Assembly (NCBI RefSeq): GCF_026210795.1
Contig: NC_089434.1
Location: 5,084,001-5,148,000 of the forward strand
Source: Rhizophagus irregularis
Lineage: Eukaryota
Length of the DNA: 64,000 bases
Direction: 5' to 3'
In this document: piece by piece, positions 1 to 13,176 of the stretch
Numbering within the stretch: the stretch's first letter is position 1
Layout: each line of letters opens with the position of its first letter
Notes under the pieces: generated by a model
The model's database searches: none
Seen by the model: only the letters and a program-made list of their open reading frames with translations
What the model was told of the DNA's origin: nothing
Program-made: the position numbers and the translations under genes

Positions 1-779
1 TCTTTTCTTCTTGATAATTTCATATTTACAATTTTTAACCGTCGAATTCGTCGGAATTCATGAATTTTGTGTCTTTTTTCATCAAAATTAATCTCTTTTT
101 CTTGATAATCTATATTTACAATTTGCAATCCATCGAATTCGTCGGAATTCATACAAAATCCCAAATTTGGTTAAGGTAAACTTCGGGTTCAAAGCCTTGA
201 GATGTGTAAGATTCTTGTGTTGTGTTCATAATCCTCGTTGTGATTCATATAAATGTTGCTCAAGTCGCGAGTTTTACTGAATCGTAGACATCACTAATGA
301 TTCGCGATTGTGATTTTCATCATAAATGTTGCTCAAGTCACGAGTTTTACAGAATCACGAGTTAATCCAATTTTAGAATTTGAACTATTGAGCCATAAAT
401 TAGCCATAGTGTAAACGAACCGTTGCTATGTAAATACCGAATCAGCCAACCTGACGCATTATCATTTATGTTATAAACATCTATGTTACCCTTGTTATGT
501 TATTACCCTTGTTATGTTATTTATCTTAGGTAGAGTTTCTTGGTAGTAGAAAGAATAAGATTAAGCTGCCTATCCATTTGTGATGATCCATAGTAAATTC
601 GGCGGTGCCATCATTTTGACATTTTTAGTTTTAAAATAAAATATATAATTTTTTTCAATTTCAAATAAAAAGAATTTGGGATACTTATTAATATTAACGT
701 TTTAAAAGTACTTTTCTTTTGTGTTTTAAAACGATGATCTAGTGTAAAATGATCTCAGACATAAAATAATTTGAGAATC

Positions 780-970
780 ACAGTTAAAAAGTAGTCATAT
801 TTAAAAAAGCAGTCGGGTTTAAGAAATAGTCCTATTTGAGAATATTTGAAGAATAGGCAAGCTTGAATAATAAGAAAATTTGAAGAATAGGCATGTTTGA
901 AAAATAGCTATGATTAAAAAATAGCCGTCATGTTTGAAAAAATAGTCATAATTAAAAAAGTAGTAGTCAG
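780..970. repeat. Degenerate ~19-bp minisatellite
   Basis: Recurrent variants such as tttgaagaataggc / tttgaaaaatagct / ttaaaaaatagcc / ttaaaaagtagtc in tandem. Confidence 0.5.
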
Positions 971-1840
971 ATTTTTTGTCGCGTAATTTAAAAGAAATTT
1001 ATTAAGCGTGAATATGGCTGTATCAGGCTGTAAAGAAGTTATGCTTTTATCCGTATTTGGTGTCTGGAACCTTTAATATTTCTACATTTAGTAATTTTTG
1101 ATAACAATTTTGTTAATCATAATTGACGAGTTATTAATCTAGTTTGAATGATAAAATCAGTAATTATCAATCTACTGATCATCCAAGTAATGAAAAGTAA
1201 TGAGTTAAGCCAGTTAAGCCGCAAAAAAAACAGCAAATCGTAATTGTAAATCGATCGACAACTAGGCTTGTATACTGAATACGTTATTGTGGTAATTAAT
1301 CGGGGGGAAGATTTTAGAGGTTGTACAATACCATTTGTTTGCTTCGAAAAATGAAAGAAACCTATTAAGATAATTAATTTGTATCTTACTTAATGATTTT
1401 TAAGCAATTATTTTTTTTTTTTTACGAAAAAATTCAGTTCCCCTGAATTTCACAAATATAAAGTTGACAACGAAATCATTGAAACCAAAAAAAGAGTTAT
1501 TGAATAACCAATCATTCAAATCAACAGTATCAATTATTATAATTATTTCACCGATTTACAAATTTATTTACAATTTATTTACAACTTAATAAACCTGTAA
1601 TTTAGCCGGAGTATCGTATAACCCGAAACTATAATAATTAAGGAAAACTTAAACTTTAAATATTCACATATAATAAAAATAATTGTTTTCCGTATTTTAC
1701 CATTTTTTTTTAAAATTACAAAAATTTGTTTGTATTTTTTGTAACGAAGTACTAAAAAAATAAATAAATAAATAAATAAATTTTTTTAACAATCAGAGAA
1801 AAAATAAAAACAAAAATAACTATTTTTTTTTTAAATTTTA

Positions 1841-1917
1841 ATTAAAATCTATTTCTAATTTTATTAAATCTATTTCTAATTTATTAAAACTATTTCTATT
1901 TTATTAAACCTATTTTT
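1841..1917. repeat. ~21-bp tandem repeat (attaaatctatttctaattt), about 4 copies
   Basis: Directly visible tandem copies. Confidence 0.7.
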
Positions 1918-4900
1918 AAATTTAATAAAAAATAATATTTATAATAAAACTATATTTTTTCATATATTTTTTTGATTATTTTAATTTCTTTGTAGAAAAA
2001 AAAGAAAATAATAATACTGCATTTAATAATTTTTGTTTTTTTCTTTACTAAACAAAACAAGTTCGCTCTATAATTAATCAATAATAACGATTGACTTGTA
2101 GATCAATTCCTTTTGATGATGACAGAAAAAAAATTACGGAGATTAATTAGTTGATTTGAATCAAATTCGTATGGCCCATTGTTGATCTGATAATTATATT
2201 AGGGTTTGATCCGTTACGGAATTACTTTAATAAAGATCATACGATGGTCGACTGAATGATAACAAAAAAAGAAAAAGAATAAATAAAACAGTTGATTTGC
2301 AGTTCTTCAATAGAAATGATGTATTTGTTAATACTTACCCTGTTGTTGGCTAATTTTTTCGATAAGGTTTTGAATTTTCAACATATGCATGTGATGTTTC
2401 AAAACATACTTAATTGATACAGGATCCTATTATTATTGATAGACATTGTACAGGGTACCAGAATCAGAATATAAGAGGGTGAGAAAAAGTTCCCCTGTAA
2501 CTTTGAAGCTTAAATCGGAAAATTTTATTATGAATTAAATATTGATCTGAGGATCTTGATATGGATTGGTAAATTGGTAAAAAGAAAAAAATAATTATCA
2601 ATCATTGGTACATTATTTGTTAATATAAAAATTCATATATTTACATATGTGAATATATAATTATATAAAAATATATATATATATATATTCTTAACCTTAT
2701 TTCTTTGATTTGAAATGGGTACTTCCCTTTCTTATTTTTTATCCCTTATATATCGAGTTTTTCTACTTGTTTTACTTTTTTGCCATTCTTCGCGGAACTT
2801 TAATGTTTGTTTCATGCATATGTTTTAAATAATTATCTCTTTGTTAATTTTCTTTCAACAAAAAGCCTTCTTTTAATATATACTTAATCTGTATAATTAT
2901 TGAACAAAAAAGAATTCATTATGTTTGATTTTACGCCACTGACGCGCTATTTCTCTATTTGTTTAAAGTAAACCATTTATTTATTTTCGTGTTTGTTACT
3001 TTTTTTGAAAAAAGAAAAAGATATTACTCATACGTAAACTCAAATGCATCATCATTAATTTATGCACGCCGAAGTTACGCGTTTGTTCTTCTTTCTATTA
3101 ACAATTCCTTGACTTTTGTTATGTGTATCCCTTCCCCTTACTCGTTTCACGTTTCATACAACTTTTTATTACTGCGCAAAGTTTCATGATATTATATAAA
3201 AGCAGCCATTTAAGTCTCGAATAAAATCTTTATAAGAATTTCATGAAATGAAAAAATTAAATTATGCCCCAGTCCGTTATTAACCTCATAATTAATATAT
3301 ACATAAAATTATAAAATTATGATTCATAAGCTTTTTTCCCCCCAACAAAAAACCAAAAAACACAAAAAAAAATAAAAATAAAAATAAAAATAAAAATGAC
3401 AAGAAGAGTTCGGTAGGTTAAACGAATGAATTAAATTATAATTCGTGAAAAAATATCACATATTAATCTTTTTTTTTTTGTACAAATAGAATTTCGTAAA
3501 ACGATTAAGATTTTTACTGGGTTACAAAATCTTAATGGTTTTTTTTTTTCTATATATCTACTACACCTTACCTTCCTTTTCGTTTTCGTTTTATTTTCTT
3601 TATATCTCGGAGATTCTAAATCGTATTTACATTCCCGATTGCCGTTGAAATTTCTCTTTTTTATCTTTTGAACGTTATTTTTTTTAAAGCTATTTTGAAC
3701 GTTATTTTTTTTTCTCTCTATCTTGTTTCTGCTTCTTTTTGTTTTGTTTTTGTTTATTTTCATCATTATTATTATCTTCATTTTATTAGTCTTTTATTTT
3801 TAATAAATTTATACTTATTGGGTTATTTCACGTGAAAATTCTTGGATATTTTCCTGAGATTCTTTTTTCATAAATATTTACAATGTTGCTTAATTTTCTC
3901 AAAAATGTTCAAAAACTTTTTTGAATGATATTCCATTGACATCTATAAAAAGAAAATAATATAAATTTAAAATTTTCTACTTAAATCGTGACAGCAAACA
4001 AATCTCAACATATAATCTCTACGTAATTGTCTTGATGAAATTGAACACGAATCGCTTGCTTAACTAAAATTCTTTATTTCTATAAAATATAATTTACAAA
4101 TATTTTGCATATTTATGTATGTATGTATATACTTGGATAAAAATATTTATTCCATTTTATCGAATTTTTTTTTTTTTATTTCTCAATATGGGGCACTAAA
4201 AATCTTAATTTACAAATCAATCACTTTTTTGTTTTTTGTTAGTAACACGCGGCAAATGCTTCACTGAATAAATAATAGATGCACGTACATGCAACATATT
4301 TAAGACTTTACTGTAAAAATCTCTGTCACGTGATACATAAATCTTAATTGCATGTTTTTCACGTGCCAAAATGCGTACAAATTACACAATGAAATTAGTT
4401 ATGTTGATCTTATTTTAAAATCAAATGAATTTAAATAATTAATATTTAATATGAAATAAATAATAAAATATTGTTAATATAATTACTTAGTCTAAAAAAA
4501 ATGGATTAGAAACCCAATAATTGAAAAATTAATTATTATATTAAAAATATTTGTCAAAGAATTTATTTTATATAGACAAATCTCAAAATCAGTAATTATA
4601 TGATATTTGTATAGAGTAGTAGATGGTAAATATAAAGTTTAAATAAAAATAAATTTTAATTAAAATTATTAATATTATAAAATTTTAACTATAATTATAA
4701 TAATAAGAATTATGGATTTTTCTTAATAAAAAGATTTAATACTAGTTAAAAATTACAAAATTATTTCTTATAATTTATACTAATAAAAATAATATATAAA
4801 TTATAAGATTTATAATAATAATGATTATAGCTAATTTATTATTATTATAAAAGAGTAATTTAATAGTATTTAAATCATTAGATTTGCAAAATTAAATATT

Positions 4901-4992
4901 TATATTTTTTTTACAAATTATTTAGTATATAATAAATAGATATATAATAGATATATAATAGATATATATAAAATAAAAAGAAAATCTATATA

Positions 4993-5109
4993 TGCACTTG
5001 GATGGGTAAGCAATTTTTTCGATCATTTAGGGTATTTTAGAGACATGTCTCCCCTTTGTATTGATGTATCACGATTCCTTTGAGTATAATAAAAATATAT
5101 AAATATATA
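4993..5109 (+). mobile_element. Possible 5'-truncated retroposed fragment (LINE 3' end)
   Basis: Less AT-rich ~115-bp island flanked by near-identical ~29-bp direct repeats (atatataaaataaaaagaaaatctatata at ~4964; atatataaaataaaaaagaaatctatata at ~5111). It ends in cctttgagtata plus an A/TA tail, and the same cctttgagtata occurs at the LINE 3' end near 11282. Confidence 0.4.
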
Positions 5110-7589
5110 TATATATAAAATAAAAAAGAAATCTATATACAATATCTGCTAACTATCTATTAAATTATTAGTTTATATATATAGATTTGTTTGCTTATTA
5201 TTTAATAAAAACCATATAATTTTAAATAGATATTTAGACAACTTGCTTTTATATTTAATTATAAAGTTTTTTTTAAAAAAAATATATAATTTTATTAATA
5301 ATACTTTAATTTTATAAAAATTTAACTGTATCTAATATAAATTTTTTAATAAATATATTATTTATAAAAAATAATATTTAATTAGTACAATTAAAATATC
5401 TTAATATATATTTACTATTTAAAATAAAAAAGAATAAAGTTTTTTTAACAATTAATTTAAATTACTAATTCACTTTTATAATGTTTTAATATTTTCTTAT
5501 ATAAATATATTTTTAACCTTTTTAAAAATTTTAATTGATTTCAAAGTTATTAAAATATTTTTTGAAAAATTATTTAATTCAATCATTATTATCTTTTAAA
5601 AAAAACAATTAATTTTAATTTTTGGATTCATTTCTTCTATTTTTAATAAAAAATAATAATATTTTTATTATTATTAATCATATTATTATTAAAAATCTAA
5701 TAATAAATAATAAATAATAATATTTCAATTACTAATTTTTATGACTTTATATAAAAAAAGAAATTAATTTATTTGAAATCTATTTTATTCTTTTAATATT
5801 ATTTTTAAAAACAAAAAGATATTAATAAATTAATCTATTTTAAAATATATATACAGTATATATTTTTAATATTGAATTATGTATTATTTTATTAGAATAT
5901 ATTTGGATTACAATAATAATCACAAATATTCTATGAATGATACTTTCAGCTTCTAACCAGTTCGATCAAACATTAGATATTATTATATTATAAATAAAAT
6001 TAAAAATAAAAATAAATAGTAAGTAAACTAAAATAAAATACTATAAATTAGAAATAAAAATAAGAATTATAAATAAATAAAATTATAAATAAAAATAAAT
6101 ATAAATAAAAATAATTAAAATTATTTTTGAAACTATTAATCCAATAATTTTTTGCCTATATATTATTATTATTATATAATCTTTTTAAATTTCTTCTTTT
6201 GGAATTCAATCCTCATATATGTATTTCTTTATGAAAATACTTTTTAAATTACTAGTAAATAGGAATCTAGATGATAAGCAATAGAGGAAATATATAAATC
6301 TTTAAATACAATAGCCAAAAGAATTTGAATATAATACTTAAATATTCTAATAAAATATTTAAAAGCAAAAATATTTTCTGAAACAGAAGAAAAAAATATA
6401 ATGTTATCTTATCAATGATTAAAGTAACTGAAAACTTTAATACTTTAATAGATTAATTAGAATTTAATTTAATAGAAGAGTTTTAAGTTGATTACAAATA
6501 ATTTTATGAAATAAAATTAAATGTTCAATTAAAGAAAATAGGTTTTTATAAAAATAATGTAAGACTTTTATAGATATAACAAAAATTATAAATAATCTCT
6601 TGTTCACAAAATTACTAATTTTGAATTATATTTATAGTATCTATTTCTTCAGTAGTTTTAGCATGTTTGTTATTTTTAAGAGATGGAGAGTAGTTATCCT
6701 GACATTGAAAAGAACCAGTAAGTAATGATTTTGTTTAGTAAGGTTATTGAGTATATTAAGCAGTCTTTTTCCTATTATAAGTAGAAAATATATCTAAAAA
6801 GTAAGTAAAATAAAAGAAAAAATAAGAGTTTTAACAAGCAAAATTTTTATAAGTTTTTCTGTTAATATAGTAAATTGAAGGTAATGGGAAAGATTTTTCA
6901 AAAGAAATAAATCAAATAAATCAAATAAATTAAATAAATTAAGAAATTAAATTGAAAAAATTGAAAAAATTGAAAGACCTATAAAATAATCTATATATAA
7001 TTACTGTGTTATTACACTTTATATTTTAATACTTTCTCTTCCTTACTTTCTGACTTTTTAAGTTCTTGAGATGTTTCTTAAACAGAAATAGCCTGCAGAT
7101 GGAATTTCAACCTTATATTCCAGTTTTTGAATGGTTGATTTTATCAGCTTATAGATGAAATACTTATACTTCTAGAATATATAAGTTTTGAACAGACACT
7201 TTCTGCAGAACTTTTTTGAACTATTGACCTTATTTACTTAGTTTTTGACTAATTTGATGTTACAATTTTTTAATAAAATATTACAAAAAGAAGTTGCAAC
7301 CTTGACCGAATTTGGGGGTTTTGCAGTCTGAGCAAATCTATTAGCAGCAATAACAATTATAATGACAACAACTACAAGAAGAATATTTGTCAGGGTGGTG
7401 TCAAGTATAAAGAGAGCCTAAGAAACATTATTTTGTTCTTTTTAATTCAACAATTAATTGATAATCTTATAATATGGTCTTACAAGCCTATGATACTCTG
7501 GGGAAAATTGATTTGATTACAGATAAAGATCTACAAATTTTTTTAGGGGGATAGGCGTAGCCAGTTTGCTCCGAACTTAAGACGTTGCT

Positions 7590-10500
7590 CCTGGTCTAGT
7601 AGGAACACGAGTACAAGAATAGATCATGTGTGGATCCTGGAGCGATTCGTTCCACAATTATTACACTACGATTTGTACAAGTCAGATCATGTGATCATTC
7701 TATTCTCACGGTTTGCCTTCTCATTGTTGGAGAAATCTGACAATGCCAGAAGCCACACAAAGGTAACGGAACAAATAACTAATCCTAAAGTTAGAACTAT
7801 GGATAGATAATGCCAAAACACAGGACCAGACAAAGTGAACCCGGAGGATGCTAAGGTTATTATTGAGGACGCATGGGAATATATCACAGTGTCATTTATC
7901 GAAGTTGCAAACTGCCTCAGAAGAAATCGGGAGTCAAGAATAGGAAACGCAATAGAAAATCTTCGAAAACGATTGCGGAAAAACATACTCGGAACCTCGC
8001 TCGGTGGCTAAATTATGCACTAACATGAATGGAGATAAGGAAGGGGCAACAATGCGTCAGATCTAAACCGTGTCTTAACTGGGACCCTGGGGTTGAGGAA
8101 ATGAGGTTATCTAATCATGTCAAGCCATTTACACCCAATTGGATAGATATTGTAAATTCAGACTTATAGAGCTCGACAAAAGCACGAAAAATTTTTGTTT
8201 ATGGAAAATAAAGCAACGTAAAGAAATCACCGATTCCATAAAAAACGAATCCAACAAATTGAAACGGAACAGTCAAAATGGATAAGGAATGTGTATTGGA
8301 TAAACAAAATCATAACATTCCGATTGACAGATTATTAAAACAACACCCGACAGGAGAAATGGAATTATTGGTAGATCCAAAAGAGGTAGCAGAGCATGCA
8401 GTATCTTAATATTCGCATCAGTTTAGAACAAGAAATATCAAATTCACAGGACTTCATGACATGCCTGCATTTTGGAAATACATATGTATACACACCTATG
8501 GATCAACATCGATCAAAATATAGCGGACTCCTTAAGGAAATCTCTGAAAACCAGAGCTAAAACAAACGATAGCGCTGCGAAAATATCTGGAATCGCTTTG
8601 TTTAAACGAACAAGTATTAAGTCGTGAGCTAGTGCTTCGTCTTGGGACGTATATGCTGAATTGCTTTGTTTCCAAAGCACTGTTTAACTAGTAATCAGAT
8701 TTCAATGAAATTTATACCATTTTATTCCTCTCATTAAAATAAATTGGATGGTTAGACGAATCTGCTTGGATTTATCACCTTCGCACGAATGGGAAAATAT
8801 GCTAAAGGTCATCAATGAAAATCAGCACCTGGTAAATCGGGTATTGGCTACCTCATGATCAAGAAGCTTCCTTCAAGGTTACATAATCTGATAAGAGAAA
8901 CATACAACCTTATACTAGTTTCAGGACACATCCCTGAACAATGGAAATCTTCAACGATAATTCCCATTTCGAAACCAGAGAAATTTAATTACAATATGGT
9001 CAATGTTAGACCAATAGCACTATTAGATACATTTAGAAAAGTACATTTAGAAAACTTTAACCAAAATTATAAGTTCCAGGTTGGGGACGATATTTAATGA
9101 TAATAAGGATATATATATTATGTCCGGACAATTTTTGTGGCCTTAAAGGAGATTCAACGTCAACGCCTATACAACTAATCAAGACCAACACAAACAGTTA
9201 TGGATTATGTTTCGGGATATAGCAAAGGTATTTAATTCTGTTAGTGTAAAGGGCCTTGAACTTGCATTGCAACGTATAGTTGTTCCGCAAAGTATAATCA
9301 AGCTAATAATTAACCTTTTTCAAGGAAGAAAAGCTCAAATCCTAACATCGTTTGGACTGACTCCTTCTTTTGAGGCCGTAGATCAAGGAGACAGTCTCTC
9401 TCTCGTTTTATGGCGAATATATTACGACCCATTACTCAACGCAATTACCAAAAGACACCAGACAAATCATAAAGAATTTGGGTATGAAATTAGTTGTAGT
9501 TCTAATAGCTGGGGGACTATAGGAAAAGAATAGCGGTTACGGCGTACATGGACGATACAGCGTTATAGAAACGTCGAAAGAAGGAATGCAAGCACTTTTA
9601 AATATAGTCAACTCCTTTTACAACATGATGGATATAGTAATCAATGTTTAAAAGTGTGATCTCTTAATTTTTAATTCACCGTTACCTAAAGATGATAATA
9701 AAGTTTATTTAGGTAACTCCACCGATGATCTAGTATTAGCTTCCAAAGAGACATTCACTATTTAGGTATATGGCTAGCGGAAAAAAGAGCTCGATCATTG
9801 AACAAGCAACGTATAATGGGCATCAAAGACGTGTTCTTACAATCAGTTCGTAGGAAATCGCTATCCATAGCTCACATAGTATACCTGGTCAATAAGGTGT
9901 TATACCCAAAGATATCATACCTTAGCTAAACATTGAGTTTATCAAAAAAAGAATGGGAAAGCATTGAACGTCCCGTTGGATTGATCAATAGTTTGGCTCC
10001 TCCGAGATAGGAAGAATGCATGAAGGCCAGAATCGAGAACTGGCCATCGTCGACCAGAGCAGATTGTATGCCATCTTACTTGCTTTACTATCATACCCTC
10101 CCATCAATGCGACTCTGTACAAAAAGATCGGCTAATTGATAGCAATAATTTTTTGATTTTGCAGAATATGTAGGGTAGTACAGTACTAAAGGTTGAGGGA
10201 CATAGCGGGCATTTTTGGTCAAACTTCTAAATAATTTGTTACCAGTAGGTCAAACGCTTGAACGACGCAAACCACATTTGTATTGGTCTTTCAAATGTCC
10301 AATGTGTAACATGGAAGAAGAGAATATTATTCATGTCAACGAATGTAAAGGTGAATCAGCGCTTGCGATTAAAAAGATTATTTCACTCAGCTCAGGTCAT
10401 TCATCAAAGAGCTGCTACACAATGACTTAGAGTTAAACACCAACAGGATCAACATCGCTCAATAACTTTATGAGCACATCAGAAGTTTCGGACAAATTTG

Positions 10501-11340
10501 TTTCTCTGCGCCATAACGCGCTAAAGGGAAAAATGGATCTGCCATCATCCTCGCGACTAATGAAAGATCTAAAATTACTAGGAAAAAGACAATCACAATA
10601 TGTACTAAAATTCTCATTAAAATGGCCACCCTTATTAAAGTAGAATGGTGGATCCTTATTTGAAGCAGTAGCAACTACACCATTAAATACCTATTTCTGA
10701 ATGAAACACTTGTCATGGAAAGTTATTTAATAAATTTGATTTCATTATTTCATACCATGATGCTGATAGGAGAAATTCATGTAGAGGTGCAAGATGACAG
10801 TACAATGGGAAGTTTCCAAGGGAATTGATCAAACAATTGTACGTTCAAAAAATGGCAATTCGAAGGCAGTCATCAAATAATATCAATAATGCAATTCAAA
10901 ATTCAGATATAAGAAGTATATGTGGGTAAATAATTAAGGATTGCTAGGGTGAAGGTAATAGTCAATGACTGATAATGGATGATGAAAACTTCACAAAAAA
11001 TACTCTGCTATTAATTAGTAGTGTGTGTGTAAGAAATGCCCACTAATTGAGGCATTATCGCTTATTTTTCGGTAAAAATGGTAGAAAACAAATATTATTG
11101 AGAAAATGCAGGTACCATCAACAAAGGTTTATTTTGTTGAATTTGAAAAATTACTAAAAAGTTGCGTTGCGTATAAGTAAATATAGGTTTTAGTTATATA
11201 TTTTATAAATATATATTATTAACTCACAGGGTATATTTGTATAGTTTTTGTAATTATTCCTTTAAATAAGGAACATCGTTCCCTTTGAGTATATCATCAA
11301 AATACAATATAAAAGTACGAATAAAAATAATAAAATAAAA
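7590..11340 (+). mobile_element. Degenerate non-LTR retrotransposon (LINE) ORF2: APE endonuclease C-terminus, RT, RNase H, CCHC zinc finger, 3' UTR
   Basis: APE motifs TRIDHVW...SDH (7592-7690). RT motifs SAPGKSGI (~8822), WKSSTIIPISKP..RPIALLDTFRK, DIAKVFNSV, QGDSLS, AYMDD (~9542-9556), YLGIW (~9760). RNase H motifs WPSSTRA..YAILLAL (~10040) and KVEGHSG (~10190). CPMC..E..HVNEC (~10295-10345). Many frameshifts and stops; A-rich tail near 11320. Confidence 0.92.
8552..8786. other. ~235-bp insertion interrupting LINE ORF2
   Basis: The frame ...YSGLLKEISE(N) breaks at ~8550 and resumes as EWENMLK at ~8787, just before the RT-0 motif. The intervening sequence looks non-coding. Confidence 0.5.
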
Positions 11341-11495
11341 ATGATTCTTTATTAAAATAATCAAATACAATTTAAAAGTAAATGTTCTTAAAATACAATT
11401 TAAAAATATGAAAAAAATACGGAATAAAAAAAAAGAAAAATACTATAATATATATACTATTTACTACGGCAACTACAATTACAATATATACAGTA

Positions 11496-13176
11496 TTAAC
11501 AACTTTGACGTAATTCGAAAACTTTAATTCCTTTTCTATAAGCATAATCAATTATAGATTGATTATTGAAACCATTTATTAACCAAAGTTTCTTCAGAGT
11601 AGTGGGAAATAAATCGATTTCCTTTTCTTCCAATCTACAATGGAATCTTAATTCTACAAGACTTTTTAATTTTTGAATCATTTCAAGCTGAAATTGTCTC
11701 CCGATATGACATGGAGCCTCACAAGTACTTATATCAATCGTATTTAATAATAATATTTTACAATCTAAATAACGCAATGTGTCCGCAAAACGAACTATTG
11801 ATGAAAAAAGCAATGTAGGGGATGCGTACATGTGTAGGATCAATGTATGAAGAAAGGGAGCGTTAATCGGGAATGTGTATATCCATTTTTTACAATAATA
11901 ATAGGGACAATTTGATGAAGAATGCAGAGTGTTACGAATGTAACCAGAAATATTTAAATATTCAATGGTTGAAGGGAGTTTAATCGTATCACGAGGAAAT
12001 GATGGATAACTCACAGTCAGGTGAGTAAGAAACTTTGGAATGTCAAATAAATTTTTAAAAAAAAAACAATTTGAAACGTCTAAACGTTTCAATGTATTAG
12101 GAGGAGGTGTTGATGTAAATATTTGGTTTTCATAAGATTGAATTTGTAAACACATAACGAAACTATTGATCGATTTTGGTAAAGAACATAAATCCATCAA
12201 TTGAAAACAAATATTTTGTTTTAAATGAAATGTATAAGGGATTATTAACTTCAAATTACATAATTTTGGAGAGAATACTTCGATCAATTCATTTAATTGG
12301 GAATTGAAAAATTTATCGGTGTTAATTGTCAATGACTCAAGATTTTTCAGTTTCTTTAACATTATAGATAAAGATTTTTCGGTTACTAAAAATTTATGAT
12401 AAATAAAATTATATATAAATAATTAAATTAATTATTATTAGTAATATTTTTTAAGACAAATAAAAATCTTACTTTGAGGACAATTTATAATTGAAAGATC
12501 AATTAATTGATCAAATATATTGGAAAATCTAAAAATAAAAATTTAACGCAAAAAAATTTAATAAAAATATTTTAAATGAGGTAAATATTATATTATTATT
12601 ATTATTATTATATACCCGTCTGCAGTTAAATCCATACAACCATAGAGGTAAAGTTTCTTTACATGATTCAAGTTTTTATTATTCAGCCATTCATTTATCT
12701 GGCTTTCGGAGTTCCAATTATAAGGATCATAAAAAACATGCGGATCACAATTATTTACATGCAAGTAACGACTATCAATTATATCGAGATTCTTTAAGGT
12801 AGGAGGAGGTACGACAAATTCTAATTTGTGCTTCTGTAAAATGAAATTAGTAATTCATATATAGTATATATCATATTAATACAATTTGATAACTTACATA
12901 AATATTACGGATATCATAATAAGCATCACTTATTAAACTGATCAAAATATGGTTCCATCTTTTACACGTTAAACGTATTTCGGTCCTTTCTATTTCATGG
13001 ATGAAAAATTCATCGTCATCGCAAATCCTCATTAAATTAGTTGGCATTAAATTGCCAAATATTTGTATTAAGATTTCTGTGGGCAAGTTTTGGACGATAT
13101 CCGTTTCACATCGGTTTGGTGGCGTGTTATTAAAGGCGAGGGAACGTAATTGGGAAAATCCTAGATTTCGTTGCAT
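11496..13176 (-). CDS. F-box / LRR-like protein, 4 exons (13176-12898, 12833-12616, 12528-12473, 12385-11496), ~480 aa
   Basis: F-box motif LPTEILIQIFGNL...RLTCKRWNHIL. Three GT..AG introns join the exons into one uninterrupted frame (279+218+56+890 nt). LRR/FNIP-like segments include KKLYLYGCMDLT, LKNLESLTI, LKRLDVSNC, LPSTIEYLNI and FPTTLKKLWL. Confidence 0.88.

Noticed and set aside
2060..2820. Possible minus-strand gene with a donor at ~2338
   Set aside because: Splice-like signals are present, but every frame I tried is interrupted and no family was recognisable.
2959..3781. 76-aa and 116-aa ORFs
   Set aside because: Low-complexity and composition-driven, with no recognisable motif; the Lys-rich ORF cannot be fully excluded as an exon.
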